Below the pieces are notes generated by a model that saw only the letters and a program-made list of their open reading frames with translations, was not told the DNA's origin and searched no databases. Positions 37,707 to 49,325 of a stretch of DNA of 53,832 nt are shown here, piece by piece. The stretch comes from Prevotella sp. (lineage in GTDB: Bacteria; Bacteroidota; Bacteroidia; Bacteroidales; Bacteroidaceae), in NCBI GenBank assembly GCA_018054505.1, contig JAGPJJ010000001.1, forward strand, positions 1 to 53,832. The letters are read 5' to 3'. The number at the start of each line of letters is the position of its first letter. Position 1 is the stretch's first letter. Both the position numbers and the translations under genes were made by a program.

Positions 37707-40700
37707 ATGAATTTCAACAATTTTTTAAAGTCATTGTTTGGCGATAAATCTGTTCGTGATATGAAACTCATTCAACCTTTAGTAGAAAAGGTGAAAGAGG
37801 GTTATCCAGAAATACAGAAACTGTCAAACGACGAATTACGTGCTAAAACAAAAGAACTACAGCACTACGTACAGGATTCTGCACAAGAGCAGCAGAAACA
37901 GATTGCCGAACTAAAGAGTAAAATAGAGGAAACTCCTATTGACCAACGTGAAGAAATCTTTAACCAGATTGACAAGTTGGAGACCGAAGTACTTGAAATC
38001 TTCGAAAAAGCTTTGAACGATGTTATGCCAACAGCTTTCAACATCATCAAAGATACAGCACGCAGATTCTCTGAAAATGAAGAAACAGTTGTTACTGCTA
38101 CTGATTTTGACCGTGAACTTGCTGCAAATCCTGCAAATGATTTTGTTACAATAGACGGTGATAAAGCTATATACCATAACGAGTGGACTGCAGGTGGTGC
38201 AAAAATCAAATGGAACATGGTACACTATGATGTACAGTTGTTTGGTGGTATCGCACTTCATCAAGGTAAGATTGCAGAAATGGCAACTGGTGAAGGTAAA
38301 ACTCTTGTTGCTACCCTACCAGTATTCTTGAATGCCCTTACAGGTAACGGTGTACACATGGTCACTGTAAATGATTATCTTGCAAAACGTGACTCTGAAT
38401 GGATGGGACCTCTCTACATGTTCAATGGACTTTCTGTTGACTGTATCGACAAGCACCAGCCAAACTCAGAAGCTCGTCGCAAAGCTTATCAGGCAGACAT
38501 CACATTCGGTACAAACAATGAGTTTGGTTTTGACTACCTTCGCGATAACATGGCATTAAACCCTAGCGATCTTGTACAACGCAAGCATAACTACGCTATT
38601 GTGGATGAGGTTGACTCTGTGCTTATTGATGATGCTCGTACACCTCTTATTATATCAGGTCCTATTCCAAAGGGTGACGATCAGATGTTTGAAGAGTATC
38701 AGCCTTTGGTTGAAAAACTTTATGAGGTTCAGCGCAAACAGGCAACAGAGCTTCTTGCAGAAGCAAAACAAAAGATTACTGAAGGACAAAACAAAAACGA
38801 TAAGCAACTTATTGACGAAGGTTTCCTTGCTCTTTACAGATCATATAAGGCTCTTCCTAAGAACAAGCCACTTATCAAATATCTTTCTGAAGACGGAATT
38901 AAGGCTGGAATGCTTAAAACCGAGGAAGTTTACATGGCTAACAACAACCGTGAAATGCCAAAGGCAATTGCACCTTTGTATTTCGTTGTTGACGAGAAAC
39001 TCAATAGCGCAGACCTTACTGATAAAGGTACGGAATGGCTTGCAAAGCAGACTGGAAACGAATACCTATTCGTATTGCCAGATATAACTTCACAACTTTC
39101 TGCTCTTGAAAATGAGAGCTCACTATCTGATCAGGATCGTGTTGACAAGAAAGACGAACTCATGGCACACTATGGCGTACAGAGTGAGCGTGTTCATACT
39201 CTTCAGCAGCTTCTTAAGGCTTACACAATGTTCAATAAAGACGACGAATATGTTGTTATGGACGGCGAGGTTAAGATCGTAGATGAGCAGACTGGCCGTA
39301 TCATGGATGGTCGCCGCTGGAGCGACGGACTTCATCAGGCTATTGAGGCTAAGGAGCACGTTAAGGTCGAAGCTGCCACACAGACATTCGCAACTATTAC
39401 ATTGCAGAACTATTTCCGTATGTACCACAAACTATCTGGTATGACAGGTACTGCAAGTACAGAAGCAGGTGAGCTTTGGGATATCTACAAACTTGATGTT
39501 GTTGTAATTCCAACTAACCGTCCTATTGCACGTCATGACCTTCAAGATAGAGTATACAAGACTGCACGTGAAAAATATTCAGCCGTGATTGATGAAATCG
39601 AGGCTATGAGAAATGCAGGTCGTCCTGTTCTTGTAGGTACTACATCTGTAGAGATAAGCGAATTGTTGAGCAAGATGCTTAACATGCGCAAGATTCCTCA
39701 CAATGTATTGAATGCAAAGTTACATCAAAAGGAGGCTCAAATCATTACAGAGGCTGGTCGTTCTGAAAATGGCCTTGGTGCAGTTACCATTGCTACCAAC
39801 ATGGCTGGTCGTGGTACCGATATCAAACTGACAGATGAAGTTAAAGCTGCAGGTGGTCTTGCCATTATTGGTACAGAGCGTCATGAAAGCCGTCGTGTAG
39901 ACCGCCAGTTACGTGGTCGTGCCGGTCGTCAGGGTGATCCAGGTTCTTCTGTATTCTATGTAAGTCTCGAGGATAAACTTATGCGTCTGTTCGCTTCTGA
40001 AAGAATCGCTAAAGTTATGGATAGACTTGGATTTGAAGACGGTGAGCGTATTGAAAGCCCTATGATTTCTAAGAGCATTGAGCGTGCTCAGAAGAAGGTT
40101 GAAGAAAATAACTTTGGTATTCGTAAGCATCTTCTTGAATATGACGATGTTATGAACAAACAGCGTACTGTAATCTATGAGAAACGTCGCCATGCTCTTA
40201 TGGGTGAACGTATCGGAATGGATATCACAAACGTTATTTGGGACCGTGTTGTTGGTATTGTTAACAACAACGATTATGAAGGAGCTAAAGAAGCATTCAT
40301 GAAGGTTCTTGCTATGGAAATTCCTTTCGATCAGGATGAATTTGAAAATAGCACAAAAGAAACTCTTGAAGAGCGTGCATTCCAAGATGCAATGGCTGCA
40401 TTTAAGCGTCACACAGAAAAGATACAAGCAGATGCCTACCCTGTTATCAAGCAGGTAGAGGAAAGTCAGGGAGAAATGTTTGAGCGTATACTTGTTCCTA
40501 TCACTGATGGAAAGAATATGTATCAGATACCTTGCAACCTTAAGAATGCTTATAAGTCAGAAGGTGCTAGCGTCGTAAAAGAATTTGAGAAGACTGTAAT
40601 GCTCAGAATTATTGACGACAATTGGAAAGAGAATCTTAGACAGCTTGACGAACTTCGCCACAGTGTTCAGAACGCTTCATACGAACAGAAAGATCCATTG

Positions 40701-41030
40701 TTGATTTTCAAACTCGAAAGTGTGAAACTTTGGGACGGTATGATTGACGATATGAACAACCGCATCGCTAGTGTATTAATGCGTTGTCAGTTGCCAGTTA
40801 TGCAGAATGAAGTTCATGAGGCAGCTCCAGAACAACATTCACAAAGATACGTTGAACAGAAAGCAGAATCTGCAGAAGAGGAAATGCGTGCAGCAGCAAA
40901 TAGAGACACACGCGAAGGTGCTGAGGTAAATCACACCCCTTATGTAGCAGACAAGATGCCACGTCCTAACGATCCATGTCCATGTGGTTCAGGCAAGAAA
41001 TTTAAGAATTGCCACGGACGCAATATGTAA
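37707..41030 (+). CDS. secA: Protein translocase subunit SecA
   Basis: [44 protein letters not shown] motif [14 protein letters not shown]; -7 box TATTTTTG at 37660-37667. Confidence 0.99.
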   Translation: MNFNNFLKSLFGDKSVRDMKLIQPLVEKVKEGYPEIQKLSNDELRAKTKELQHYVQDSAQEQQKQIAELKSKIEETPIDQREEIFNQIDKLETEVLEIFEKALNDVMPTAFNIIKDTARRFSENEETVVTATDFDRELAANPANDFVTIDGDKAIYHNEWTAGGAKIKWNMVHYDVQLFGGIALHQGKIAEMATGEGKTLVATLPVFLNALTGNGVHMVTVNDYLAKRDSEWMGPLYMFNGLSVDCIDKHQPNSEARRKAYQADITFGTNNEFGFDYLRDNMALNPSDLVQRKHNYAIVDEVDSVLIDDARTPLIISGPIPKGDDQMFEEYQPLVEKLYEVQRKQATELLAEAKQKITEGQNKNDKQLIDEGFLALYRSYKALPKNKPLIKYLSEDGIKAGMLKTEEVYMANNNREMPKAIAPLYFVVDEKLNSADLTDKGTEWLAKQTGNEYLFVLPDITSQLSALENESSLSDQDRVDKKDELMAHYGVQSERVHTLQQLLKAYTMFNKDDEYVVMDGEVKIVDEQTGRIMDGRRWSDGLHQAIEAKEHVKVEAATQTFATITLQNYFRMYHKLSGMTGTASTEAGELWDIYKLDVVVIPTNRPIARHDLQDRVYKTAREKYSAVIDEIEAMRNAGRPVLVGTTSVEISELLSKMLNMRKIPHNVLNAKLHQKEAQIITEAGRSENGLGAVTIATNMAGRGTDIKLTDEVKAAGGLAIIGTERHESRRVDRQLRGRAGRQGDPGSSVFYVSLEDKLMRLFASERIAKVMDRLGFEDGERIESPMISKSIERAQKKVEENNFGIRKHLLEYDDVMNKQRTVIYEKRRHALMGERIGMDITNVIWDRVVGIVNNNDYEGAKEAFMKVLAMEIPFDQDEFENSTKETLEERAFQDAMAAFKRHTEKIQADAYPVIKQVEESQGEMFERILVPITDGKNMYQIPCNLKNAYKSEGASVVKEFEKTVMLRIIDDNWKENLRQLDELRHSVQNASYEQKDPLLIFKLESVKLWDGMIDDMNNRIASVLMRCQLPVMQNEVHEAAPEQHSQRYVEQKAESAEEEMRAAANRDTREGAEVNHTPYVADKMPRPNDPCPCGSGKKFKNCHGRNM

Positions 41031-41047
41031 TTACATACAATCAAAAT

Positions 41048-41089
41048 AAAAAGGCATGAATGAAGTAATTTTCATTCATGCCTTTTTTT
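41048..41089. terminator. Bidirectional terminator
   Basis: 17-bp stem AAAAAGGCATGAATGAA / TTCATTCATGCCTTTTT between convergent genes. Confidence 0.9.
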
Positions 41090-41138
41090 ATAAGATAAAC
41101 TGAGATTTCTAAACAATCAAAATTCTACATGATAGATT

Positions 41139-41471
41139 TCAAAACAAGCTCAATGATTGATCTATATCCGGTTTTTCTTCTTCTATCTCTTCCTCAGTAT
41201 TACTTCTAAAATGAAGCATCAGTTGCTGACCTTCACTAACATTGGCATTGATACGATAGATACCACGCGAGTCTGTCCGTTCAATAACAGAATTAGGATT
41301 CTTTGAATTACGCATAAGATATTGTCTTACATAAACATAAACATCATCAAAATTGACAACGTTAAATAAGTTGTTACAAGAATTTTGCACATGAAGTGCT
41401 AACTTCTTTACAGAAATTCCTTCATCGCCAGCTTCAAGTAAAAAGCGTAATATCTCTTGATCGTAATTCAT
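41139..41471 (-). CDS. Hypothetical winged-helix-like protein with acidic tail
   Basis: 110 aa; three helices plus wing (RGIYRI), tail ending DQSLSLF. Confidence 0.8.
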   Translation of the reverse strand: MNYDQEILRFLLEAGDEGISVKKLALHVQNSCNNLFNVVNFDDVYVYVRQYLMRNSKNPNSVIERTDSRGIYRINANVSEGQQLMLHFRSNTEEEIEEEKPDIDQSLSLF

Positions 41472-41482
41472 TTCATAATAAT

Positions 41483-41526
41483 AAACAAAAAGAAGGGGGC
41501 TGATAACTAAAATCTCAGCTCCCTTC
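41483..41526 (-). terminator. Terminator after the 94-aa winged-helix gene
   Basis: Minus GAAGGGAGCTGA / TCAGCCCCCTTC followed by TTTTTGTTT. Confidence 0.7.
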
Positions 41527-41552
41527 CTTTATCAAATATCCAACTTGGAATA

Positions 41553-41837
41553 TTATGCAAGTGTTATCAAGTTGTTGTTCTCGTCCTTAACCTTACCCTC
41601 TTTAAAGAGCCAGCCAATACCGAGATAAGTTTCCTCTACGCTAATGTTTGCATCTTTTGCAATCTCAGCAATGCTTAGAGCTTTACCAGCTGCTGCAAGT
41701 GTCTGATAAACATCACCTGCACGAAAACCTACACTCTCTGCATTTACATACATTAACGCATCTTTTGCCACTGCCTTTTTAGAAGCTGTTGTCTTCTTAG
41801 CTGTAGCTGCTTTTGTTGTTGCTTTCTTTTCTGCCAT
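41553..41837 (-). CDS. DUF2582-type winged-helix protein with Lys/Ala/Thr-rich N-terminal tail
   Basis: VGFRAGDVYQTL and LGIGWLFKEGKV match the family pattern; -7 box TAATTTTG at 41903-41896. Confidence 0.85.
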   Translation of the reverse strand: MAEKKATTKAATAKKTTASKKAVAKDALMYVNAESVGFRAGDVYQTLAAAGKALSIAEIAKDANISVEETYLGIGWLFKEGKVKDENNNLITLA

Positions 41838-41990
41838 AATTTAATAAATAATTAAATCCACACCAAATTAAATATATGTTATAAATTTGATGCTACAAAA
41901 TTACTTAATAATTCTCAATCTGCACAGTTTATTTCTATAAAACTTACATTTTAGCATTTAGCAACTTGATTTTCTTGACTTATGTCAACC

Positions 41991-43748
41991 TTATGCCTTC
42001 AAATCGAGCTTTATCTGAAGTTCGTCTAGCTGTTTTGCATCGATTTCACCTGGAGCGTCTAGCATAACGTCACGACCACTATTATTTTTAGGGAAGGCAA
42101 TGCAGTCACGGATTGAATCAAGACCAGCCAAAATACTAACGAATCTGTCAAGACCGAAAGCAAGACCTGCGTGAGGTGGTGCTCCATACTTAAAGGCGTT
42201 CATCAAGAAGCCAAACTGGGCCTCAGCACGTTCAGGTGTAAAACCAAGAACCTCGAACATTCTCTCCTGCAAGTTAGTATCATGAATTCTTAATGAGCCA
42301 CCTCCTACTTCTATACCATTGCAAACGAAGTCGTAAGCTTTAGCACGTACCTGCTCAGGATGTTCATCCAACAAAGGAATATCATCAGGATTTGGCATAG
42401 TGAATGGATGATGTGTAGCCATCAAGCGCTGTTCTTCTTCACTCCACTCAAATAGAGGGAAATCAATAATCCAAAGACACTTAAACACGTTCTTGTCTTT
42501 AAGTCCCAGAAGATCGCCCATCTCCAAACGAAGAGAGCATAACTGAATACGTGTCTTGTTAGCATTATCACCGCTCAAGATAAGAACCAAATCACCATCC
42601 TTGGCTCCTATTACGGTCTTGATATCATTAAGTTCCTCTGTAGTATAGAACTTATCTATGCTACTCTTTATGCTACCATCAGAATTGTACTTAATAAATA
42701 CAAGTCCCTTTGCACCAACCTGAGGTTTCTTAACGAAATCAGTAAGTTCATTTAATTGTTTGCGGCTATAATCAGCACAACCAGGAACGCAAATACCTCC
42801 AATGTATTTAGCTTCATTGAAAACAGAGAAGTCACCCTTTCCTGTAAATGCATCTTTAAGTTCAACGAATTCCATTCCAAATCTAGTATCTGGCTTGTCA
42901 CTACCATAACGGCGCATAGCCTCATGCCAAGTCATCTGTTCTAGTTTTGGTATTTCAACACCACGGATTTCTTTAAAGAGTGTGCGAGCCATTTCCTCGA
43001 ACAAGTTGATAACATCATCTTGATCAACAAAACTCATTTCACAGTCAATCTGAGTAAATTCAGGTTGACGATCAGCACGAAGGTCCTCATCACGGAAACA
43101 CTTTGCTATTTGGAAATAACGATCAAAACCAGCTACCATCAAAAGCTGTTTCAATGTCTGTGGACTTTGTGGAAGAGCATAGAACTGTCCAGGATTCATA
43201 CGACTTGGAACAACAAAGTCGCGAGCTCCTTCAGGAGTACTGCCAATAAGTATTGGAGTTTCAACCTCCATAAACTTCTGACTGTCAAGGAAATTACGTA
43301 TTATGATAGTCATGCGATGGCGCAATTCCATATTCTTACGTACAACAGCACGTCTAAGATCTAGATAACGATATCTCATACGTATATCATCACCACCGTC
43401 TGTATTATCTTCTATTGTAAATGGAGGTGTCAAACTTGGTGAAAGCACAACCAATTCTTTAACAAGAATTTCAATATCACCAGTTTCTATCTTAGAGTTT
43501 TTACTCTGACGCTCACTGACAACACCTTTGATTTGAATACAAAATTCACGACCTAATTTGTTAGCTTCATCGCAAAGATTTTTATCATCGGCTTCGTTAA
43601 ACACTAACTGGGTTATACCATAGCGATCACGTAGGTCGACAAATGTCATACCACCCATTTTTCTTGAACGCTGCACCCAACCGGCAAGAGTAACATCCTT
43701 ACCAGTATCAGAGAGTCTTAGCTCTCCACATGTGTTACTTCTATACAT
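41991..43748 (-). CDS. aspS: Aspartate--tRNA ligase
   Basis: [49 protein letters not shown]; -7 box TAACTTTG at 43787-43780. Confidence 0.98.
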   Translation of the reverse strand: MYRSNTCGELRLSDTGKDVTLAGWVQRSRKMGGMTFVDLRDRYGITQLVFNEADDKNLCDEANKLGREFCIQIKGVVSERQSKNSKIETGDIEILVKELVVLSPSLTPPFTIEDNTDGGDDIRMRYRYLDLRRAVVRKNMELRHRMTIIIRNFLDSQKFMEVETPILIGSTPEGARDFVVPSRMNPGQFYALPQSPQTLKQLLMVAGFDRYFQIAKCFRDEDLRADRQPEFTQIDCEMSFVDQDDVINLFEEMARTLFKEIRGVEIPKLEQMTWHEAMRRYGSDKPDTRFGMEFVELKDAFTGKGDFSVFNEAKYIGGICVPGCADYSRKQLNELTDFVKKPQVGAKGLVFIKYNSDGSIKSSIDKFYTTEELNDIKTVIGAKDGDLVLILSGDNANKTRIQLCSLRLEMGDLLGLKDKNVFKCLWIIDFPLFEWSEEEQRLMATHHPFTMPNPDDIPLLDEHPEQVRAKAYDFVCNGIEVGGGSLRIHDTNLQERMFEVLGFTPERAEAQFGFLMNAFKYGAPPHAGLAFGLDRFVSILAGLDSIRDCIAFPKNNSGRDVMLDAPGEIDAKQLDELQIKLDLKA

Positions 43749-43986
43749 ATATGTATGTTTATTATTCTTTTCTGATATGCAAAGTTACAATTTTTTTATG
43801 GTATTACATAACTTTAATATATCGTTTTACTATAAAAAGATGTTAACACGTTTAATAATGACATTATTGCAGATAAATAAAGCGAAAAAAAATTATAGGA
43901 CAACTAAATATATAAAAAAAATGGTTTGGAGAATGCAATTTTATTTTGTAATTTAGCACACAAAATACATGTGGAACTATTATACA

Positions 43987-46900
43987 ATGAAAAAAACACT
44001 CTTCGTTATCCTTCTTCTTCTATCATTTGTTTGCAACATAAAAGCACAACAGATGCAAGCACGTCTTGACCATTACTCCACAACAGATGGACTTCCTAGT
44101 AATTCTATTAGCGACATTATACAAGACAAATTTGGCTATATATGGATTGCTACATGGAATGGATTAAGCAGATTTGACGGGTATAACTTTCAAAATTATG
44201 CTACAGGAAAAGCTAGCGGAATAAAAAACTTTCACAACAGAATCCTTGAGTTAGAGACTGATCTCCAAGGAAATATTTGGATGATAATGTATGACAACAG
44301 AATATTTGTTCTCAATCGATTTACAGATTGCATAACAAATGCATTTGATGGGATTAAGGATTGTGACAACATGAAAATATATGATACATTAACCGAGAAC
44401 AAATTTAAAATCAGCAATGCCCTAACAATATCTCCAGATGGTAATGTATATATAATCATACCTCATAAAGGCATTTATCAAATATATATTAATAAGAAGA
44501 CGCACGCTATCAGAAAAATATTTGATAACAAAAGAAACATATATAATATGGCCTGTGATGCTTATGGAAACTTATGGCTCGGCACAAAAAAAGGCTTAAT
44601 TATGGTCGATAAGAATACAGGAAGAACACGTGGTAAATTAATGATTTCTGGTGAACATTATAACACAATGGGATTTGTTGGTTCAGACTTGTACCTAGGC
44701 ACTCAAAGTGGAAAAATAATCATACGCGACACAAGAAAATGCAAAAGTAAATATCTTAACATAAAAAACACATCCCACTCTCCTATTACTGCTTTACACG
44801 TAGACTCAAAAGGACTGGTTTGGTTTACAACCGATAAACAAGGAGTATCTATGTTTAATCCAACAACAAACGAAGTCAAATCTTTCACACAGAAAGTAAG
44901 TATACCCGAGAGTGATATAAATGGATGTACAATTTTTGAAACAGGCAACGTTTTATGGGCCAGAATGAACCATGGAGGCTTTGGTGTATACGACAGAATA
45001 ACAGGTCAAATGAATTACTTCTATAATAGCCCTAAAGATACATGGAATTTAAGTAATACTGTTACTACCTATATGGCACTCAACGAAGGAGTCGTCTGGA
45101 TGTCAACCATAAGAAGAGGGTTGGAAAAGCTTTCAATTGTAAATAACAAGATAAAACTAATAGTTCCTAAACCAGAAAGTTATGAATACGGTGTAAATGA
45201 GATAAGAGCTATCATCTATGATAAAAAATCAAAAAGGATTCTTATTTCAAACAAAGCCGGAGAGGTTTACAGTCTAAAAAACAAAGACTTGTCTCTCTCA
45301 AGTAAAGCACCAATTTTCAGCATACAAGGTAGGATATATGGTATGATGGAAGATCATCTTGGAAATATATTGATAAGTACAAAAGGAAAAGGCTTGTATA
45401 TGCTCAAATACGGACAAAGGAAACCAATAAAAGTAAATTACCCTTTCACATCGCAAAATATATACAACACAAAAGAAGATAAATTTGGCAACATTTGGAT
45501 TGCCACATACAATGGAGGCGTAAATATTCTTATGAATAAAGGTAACGGTAAGTTCAAACTTATCACTCCTAAATACATAAAAGGTTACGGCAAAGACCAA
45601 TTCATTAAAGTGAGAACACTTGAAATTGATAACGAAGGTATTGTTTGGGCTGGAACTTCTGATGGAATAATACTTCTTAAATTCAATAAATTACAAAAAT
45701 CCTTTGAAGCTCATACACTAAAACAAACAAAAAAGACTGAAGAGCAAATGGCCAACAACGATATCGTTGAAATAAGCAAATCTCCAAGTGGAGACATGTG
45801 GATAGCAACCAACGGTGGAGGATTAATAAAATCAATAGGAAAAGATAATAAAAACCTATGGCGCTTTAAAAATTTTGGGCTTGCAAACGGTCTACCTAGT
45901 GAAGAATTACGAGGAATAACATTTAATAAAAGTGGACAAGTTTGGTTTTCTTGTGACCAAATTATTTGTTCATATGACCCTCAAAAACAATTATTTACGA
46001 CTTTCTCAATGCAAGATGGCGTTGGAGATATAGCGTGTTCTGAATGCTCTGCATACACTTTACCAGATAACAGAATGTTGTTTGGCACACTAAATGGATA
46101 TTATATTGTAGATAAAAAATTACTTACTACAACCAAAGGTTCTGACTTTAAGCTTGCCATAACAGACTTTTACGTTAATGACAAATTAATGACTCCACGC
46201 AATAACAACACCTATGATTACTACATACCGGATAGTGGACAAGTCAAACTGCCTTCACGCTCAAGTGCTTTTTCAATAAAGTTTGCATCTCTGAATTATC
46301 AACTGCAGCATAGGGTTCACTACATGTATATGCTAGAGGGATATGATGATAAATGGCTGAATGCCAATGACAAGAGAACTGTTAGTTATAATGATGTACC
46401 TGCCGGAGAATACACATTTAGAGTAAAGGCTTTTCTACTTGAAAACCCCAATAAATATGATGAACGAAAAATAAATATTATTGTTCCGCCTTATGCTTTT
46501 GCATCCAATACAGCATTGTGGGTTTATCTTATCATCATCATCGGGGGAATATTAGGAGGATTACTTTGGAGAAAGAAAGTAAAAATAAATGCACTCAATA
46601 GAATGAGGGTACTTAAAGTTGGGCCAGAAGAAATAGCCTTCCAGAATAATGAAGATTTTGATTTTGTTAAAAGTTTGCAAGACTGGCTTGAAATTCACTA
46701 TTCTGATGCAAACGTTAAGATTGAAGATATGGTACACATGACTAATATGTCACGCACAGCATTTTACACACAACTAAAGACCTTGACTGGAATATCTCCC
46801 AAAGAATTTGTCAGTGAATTCAGATTGAAAAAAGCATGTATGTATCTAGAAAAAGATACATGCACTATTGCAGAAGTGGCTTATCGCACAGGCTTTAATG

Positions 46901-46989
46901 ATCCTGTATACTTCACTCGCCTATTCAAACAGAAAAAAGGAATGACTCCTACTCAATATAGAGATAATAACGGGATGAAAGACGAATAG
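43987..46989 (+). CDS. Membrane-anchored sensor-regulator: Reg_prop beta-propellers + Y_Y_Y + TM + AraC HTH
   Basis: Signal peptide (start 43987 or 43969); repeats such as DKFGYIWIATWNGLSRFDG; YMYMLEGYDDKW..VPAGEYTFRVKA; one TM; AraC signature IAEVAYRTGFNDPVYFTRLFK..TPTQYR. Confidence 0.9.
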   Translation: MKKTLFVILLLLSFVCNIKAQQMQARLDHYSTTDGLPSNSISDIIQDKFGYIWIATWNGLSRFDGYNFQNYATGKASGIKNFHNRILELETDLQGNIWMIMYDNRIFVLNRFTDCITNAFDGIKDCDNMKIYDTLTENKFKISNALTISPDGNVYIIIPHKGIYQIYINKKTHAIRKIFDNKRNIYNMACDAYGNLWLGTKKGLIMVDKNTGRTRGKLMISGEHYNTMGFVGSDLYLGTQSGKIIIRDTRKCKSKYLNIKNTSHSPITALHVDSKGLVWFTTDKQGVSMFNPTTNEVKSFTQKVSIPESDINGCTIFETGNVLWARMNHGGFGVYDRITGQMNYFYNSPKDTWNLSNTVTTYMALNEGVVWMSTIRRGLEKLSIVNNKIKLIVPKPESYEYGVNEIRAIIYDKKSKRILISNKAGEVYSLKNKDLSLSSKAPIFSIQGRIYGMMEDHLGNILISTKGKGLYMLKYGQRKPIKVNYPFTSQNIYNTKEDKFGNIWIATYNGGVNILMNKGNGKFKLITPKYIKGYGKDQFIKVRTLEIDNEGIVWAGTSDGIILLKFNKLQKSFEAHTLKQTKKTEEQMANNDIVEISKSPSGDMWIATNGGGLIKSIGKDNKNLWRFKNFGLANGLPSEELRGITFNKSGQVWFSCDQIICSYDPQKQLFTTFSMQDGVGDIACSECSAYTLPDNRMLFGTLNGYYIVDKKLLTTTKGSDFKLAITDFYVNDKLMTPRNNNTYDYYIPDSGQVKLPSRSSAFSIKFASLNYQLQHRVHYMYMLEGYDDKWLNANDKRTVSYNDVPAGEYTFRVKAFLLENPNKYDERKINIIVPPYAFASNTALWVYLIIIIGGILGGLLWRKKVKINALNRMRVLKVGPEEIAFQNNEDFDFVKSLQDWLEIHYSDANVKIEDMVHMTNMSRTAFYTQLKTLTGISPKEFVSEFRLKKACMYLEKDTCTIAEVAYRTGFNDPVYFTRLFKQKKGMTPTQYRDNNGMKDE

Positions 46990-47002
46990 TTTTCATTCCG
47001 TT
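46969..47002. terminator. Probable bidirectional terminator overlapping both gene ends
   Basis: AACGGGATGAAA / TTTCATTCCGTT between convergent stops. Confidence 0.55.
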
Positions 47003-49304
47003 AACTCAATATTTTAAAACGAGCAAATTTAAGAAGAAGCATTTTAGTTCCCGTATTCTTAAAACTTACTGTAGCTTTAAGATTTTCGCCCTCTCCTTCT
47101 AGTTTATCAACCGTTCCTACACCAAATCTCTGATGTTCGATAACGCTACCTAAATGCAGTCCTGTTGGTAGTTCCATTGGCTTTGCTTCATTCTCAACTT
47201 GCTTTTTCAAAGGACGCAAAGCTTCACGCTGATAATTGCTTTCTACATTTTGTGGCTTATTAGCAATGCTTTTGAAAGTATCAATACGCTTAGTCTGTCG
47301 TGGACGTTCAAATGTCATCATATCTCCAAAGCTAGAACTTTCATCCTCAATACTAATGTATTTTGGATCAATATCTTTCAAAAATCTGCTCGGAGTATCA
47401 AATTCCATTTTACCATATCTCCATCTATTCTTAGCACTTGTAAGAATGCAATGTTTCTCTGCACGAGTTATTGCCACATAAAACAATCTACGCTCTTCTT
47501 CAAGCTCCCTCATACTATTTAAACTCATCTGACTTGGAAAAATATTTTCTTCCATTCCTACGATGAAAACTGTTGGGAACTCTAGTCCTTTAGCAGCATG
47601 GATAGTCATCAAACTAACTCGACTTTCATCTCCATCATCACTATCCAAATCAGTAAGAAGAGCTACTTCTTGTATAAAATCAATAAGACTTACATGTTCT
47701 ACGTCGCCCTCTTCCATGCGTAAATCCACAAAATCGTTAAGGCCATTGGCAAATTCAGATAAGTTTTCCTGACGAGAAAGACTTTCTGGGTCATTAGATC
47801 CAAATATATCAGCGCTCATACCACTTTGTTTTATGATATCATTACCAAGTTCCGAAGCGTTATCGGTATCTAAGCGACTAATAAAACCATTTATCAATTC
47901 AGCAAATTTAGAGAGCTTTGTTATCGTACCATTATTGACTGAAAGTCCATGCTTAACAGGATGACAAATAACATCCCAAAAACTAATTCCGTTTTGCTGG
48001 GCACACAAAGCAATTTTTGTGATAGTGGTACTACCTATACCTCTTGCTGGATAGTTTATAATTCTTTTAATAGCTTCTTCATCATCAGGATTGACAACAA
48101 CACGAAAATAAGCTAAAATATCCTTGATCTCTTTACGTTGATAAAAACTCAGTCCACCAAATATACGATAAGGAATGCCTTGTTTACGCATCTCTTCCTC
48201 AAAACTTCTGCTTTGAGAATTAGTACGATACAATATTGCGATATCACTGTATTCGCAACCATCGTTACGCTTAATAAGCTTAATATCTCGACAAACGACA
48301 GCTGCTTCTTCCTTATCACTATAAACTGGCTTATAAACTAATTTGTCGCCTTCTTCCTTATCACTAAAAACGTCTTTGTGAATCTGACGCTGATTATGGC
48401 TTATAAGGCTATTTGCAGCTTGAACGATTCGTTGTGTTGAACGATAGTTCTGCTCCAATTTATACAATTTCGTTTCAGGATAAATTTTCTGAAAGTCAAG
48501 TATATTATCAATATTTGCACCACGAAATCCGTAAATACTCTGAGCATCATCACCAACAACACACACACGTTGATTATCTTTGGTAAGTTGGAGAACAATA
48601 CATTGCTGCACATAGTTGGTATCTTGATACTCATCAACAAGCACATACTGAAAACGTTCAGCATACTTCTTTCTTACATCTTCATGCTCTTTAAACAATC
48701 GCCATGTCATAACGAGCAAATCGTCAAAGTCCATTGCATTAGCCTTTAGACAGCGCTGTTTATAAGCCTGATATATTCTAAAAATTTCAGATTGTTTTGA
48801 ATCGCTGTCACGCTTTAGTACTTCTTGGTCATTAGCATATTGCTCAGCCATGACTAAATGGTTTTTTGCCATACTAATACGTGAATGAACGCTTGCCGGC
48901 TTATACGCCTTATCATCCAATCCCATTTCTTTTACGATACTCTTTATCAATGAGCGACTATCAGCTTCATCATAAATTGTAAAACCAGAATTATAGCCTA
49001 GTTTATCAGCTTCTACACGCAGAATACGAGAAAAGATACTATGAAAAGTTCCCATAGACAAGCTATGTGCCCTCTTTGGTCCTACAAGTGCTCCGATACG
49101 TGCTTTCATCTCAGCCGCAGCCTTATTTGTAAAAGTCAGAGCCAAGATATTCCATGGCGCATAATTTAAGTCATCTAGCAGATAGGCTATCTTGTATGTT
49201 AACACACGAGTTTTGCCAGATCCAGCACCAGCTATAACCAACTGAGGACCTGTACAAAATTCGACTGCGGCACGCTGTCCGCTATTCAATTCATCTAAGA
49301 GCAT
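47001..49304 (-). CDS. uvrD: UvrD/PcrA superfamily 1 DNA helicase
   Basis: AGAGSGKTRV, VDEYQDTN, VGDDAQSIY, EQNYRST, HAAKGLEF, EERRLFYVAITRA, C-terminal Tudor-like HQRFGVG. Confidence 0.95.
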   Translation of the reverse strand: MLLDELNSGQRAAVEFCTGPQLVIAGAGSGKTRVLTYKIAYLLDDLNYAPWNILALTFTNKAAAEMKARIGALVGPKRAHSLSMGTFHSIFSRILRVEADKLGYNSGFTIYDEADSRSLIKSIVKEMGLDDKAYKPASVHSRISMAKNHLVMAEQYANDQEVLKRDSDSKQSEIFRIYQAYKQRCLKANAMDFDDLLVMTWRLFKEHEDVRKKYAERFQYVLVDEYQDTNYVQQCIVLQLTKDNQRVCVVGDDAQSIYGFRGANIDNILDFQKIYPETKLYKLEQNYRSTQRIVQAANSLISHNQRQIHKDVFSDKEEGDKLVYKPVYSDKEEAAVVCRDIKLIKRNDGCEYSDIAILYRTNSQSRSFEEEMRKQGIPYRIFGGLSFYQRKEIKDILAYFRVVVNPDDEEAIKRIINYPARGIGSTTITKIALCAQQNGISFWDVICHPVKHGLSVNNGTITKLSKFAELINGFISRLDTDNASELGNDIIKQSGMSADIFGSNDPESLSRQENLSEFANGLNDFVDLRMEEGDVEHVSLIDFIQEVALLTDLDSDDGDESRVSLMTIHAAKGLEFPTVFIVGMEENIFPSQMSLNSMRELEEERRLFYVAITRAEKHCILTSAKNRWRYGKMEFDTPSRFLKDIDPKYISIEDESSSFGDMMTFERPRQTKRIDTFKSIANKPQNVESNYQREALRPLKKQVENEAKPMELPTGLHLGSVIEHQRFGVGTVDKLEGEGENLKATVSFKNTGTKMLLLKFARFKILS

Positions 49305-49325
49305 TGTAAAATAGATAGAAACGTT

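Noticed and set aside
43987-46989. Pseudogene call for the HTCS-like gene
   Set aside because: Uninterrupted frame, intact signal peptide, TM and AraC domain, and no leftover kinase fragments nearby.
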